Source: Marsupella aquatica (lineage: Eukaryota > Plantae > Marchantiophyta). Taken from it: a DNA stretch of 64,000 nt. The stretch covers positions 10,094,184-10,158,183 of the forward strand of contig OZ316895.1 of the NCBI GenBank assembly GCA_973895155.1, written 5' to 3'. The translations under genes were made by a program, and so were the position numbers. Shown here piece after piece: positions 63,175 to 64,000 of this stretch. How positions within the stretch are numbered: position 1 is the first letter of the stretch; the number at the start of each line of letters is the position of its first letter. Below the pieces are notes generated by a model, which ran no database searches, had not been told where the DNA came from, and saw nothing but the letters and a program-made list of their open reading frames with translations.

Positions 63175-63461
63175 CTTAGGGGTCTCACTTCCATAAGAAC
63201 TACACATTCCATGCAACAAAACATAGAGTAGTTTTTACTGTTTCTAAGGAAAAACTTTAAAATAATTTGTGGAAACAGATTAGGGACTCTTAATTCCAAT
63301 TTTGAGCATTATAAGAAAATAATTTTCTTAAGCCAAAATGGTGAATATTTTAAAAATGTATGACTAAACAGTTAGATCAGAAAATGTTTGTTATGTTTTA
63401 GGGTGGTTTAGAATACAAAACATCTTTCAATGATGGGGGCTCCATATAGTCAGAACCCAAG
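63175..63461. mobile_element. Diverged MITE family A copy (inverted)
   Basis: Starts CTTAGGGGTCTCACT. The right end reverse-complements to CTTGGGTTCTGACTATATGGAGCCCCCATC, similar to the left end of 1024-1320. No clear TSD. Confidence 0.6.
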
Positions 63462-64000
63462 CTAGTATCTTTGCAGAGCCGCTTGCAGTGGACACAACCT
63501 GAATCCTTTGCTCAAGATGGAAGGGCGGAAGGGTTGGCTTCAGGCCAATATAATCATACCATATATGAGCTTGTCTTTCCACAAGGTCTCGACCCTGGCG
63601 TCTTTTGATAGGGTTATATTACCATCCTAGACCCTTCTTACGGGATCACCTTATTTGTGGGAAACCTTTTGATGACACATGGATACATCTTCTTAACTAA
63701 AGTATAAATCTAGAGACCACAATTGTTCATGACATTTTGTGAGGGATGCTACCTCTTAGGTTATTTCTTGGACTTTTATATACTTAGATAGGTGGGAGGT
63801 GGAGCTTGATTCACTTGGTCTGCCTGGGGGTCAACCATAATTAACAAATACGTGTTGATCTTACCATGGTACATAATGAAAACATCTGGGTAATGGGAGC
63901 GCAAGCAGGCGCATTAGCAACACAAGTAAAAATTGGTAGAAGAGAAGTCTGAGATGATATGCAGCACAAGCAATTTCAGATGGCTTCCTCCCCGTTTCCT

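Overview
Eukaryotic, land-plant-like genomic DNA: spliceosomal introns, plant A1B aspartic proteases, Copia and Helitron remnants. A bryophyte-type host is my inference. Host genes are one 12-exon HAD-IG 5'-nucleotidase gene (~9.6-15.0 kb) and two intronless nepenthesin-type aspartic proteases (21.6-23.3 and 34.6-36.2 kb). Between them lie a decayed Copia element, a non-autonomous Helitron and several MITEs with 8-bp TSDs. The standout is a complete ~17.5-kb TIR DNA transposon (45627-63147; 27-bp perfect TIRs, probable ATAT TSD) with a Sola-like DDD transposase on +. Converging cargo on - comprises an intron-containing ParB-like domain + beta-class N6A/N4C DNA methyltransferase gene, a Ulp1/C48 protease, an F-box-like ORF and a small Cys-rich ORF. 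The element holds about 35 copies of a GGGATAC-N3-GTATCCC / GGGATCCATGGATCCC palindrome in regularly spaced arrays, mostly inside predicted introns. It also has a ~4.4-4.9 kb internal tandem duplication with breakpoints in those palindromes. This copy is pseudogenised. All assignments come from motif reading by eye; no database searches were run.
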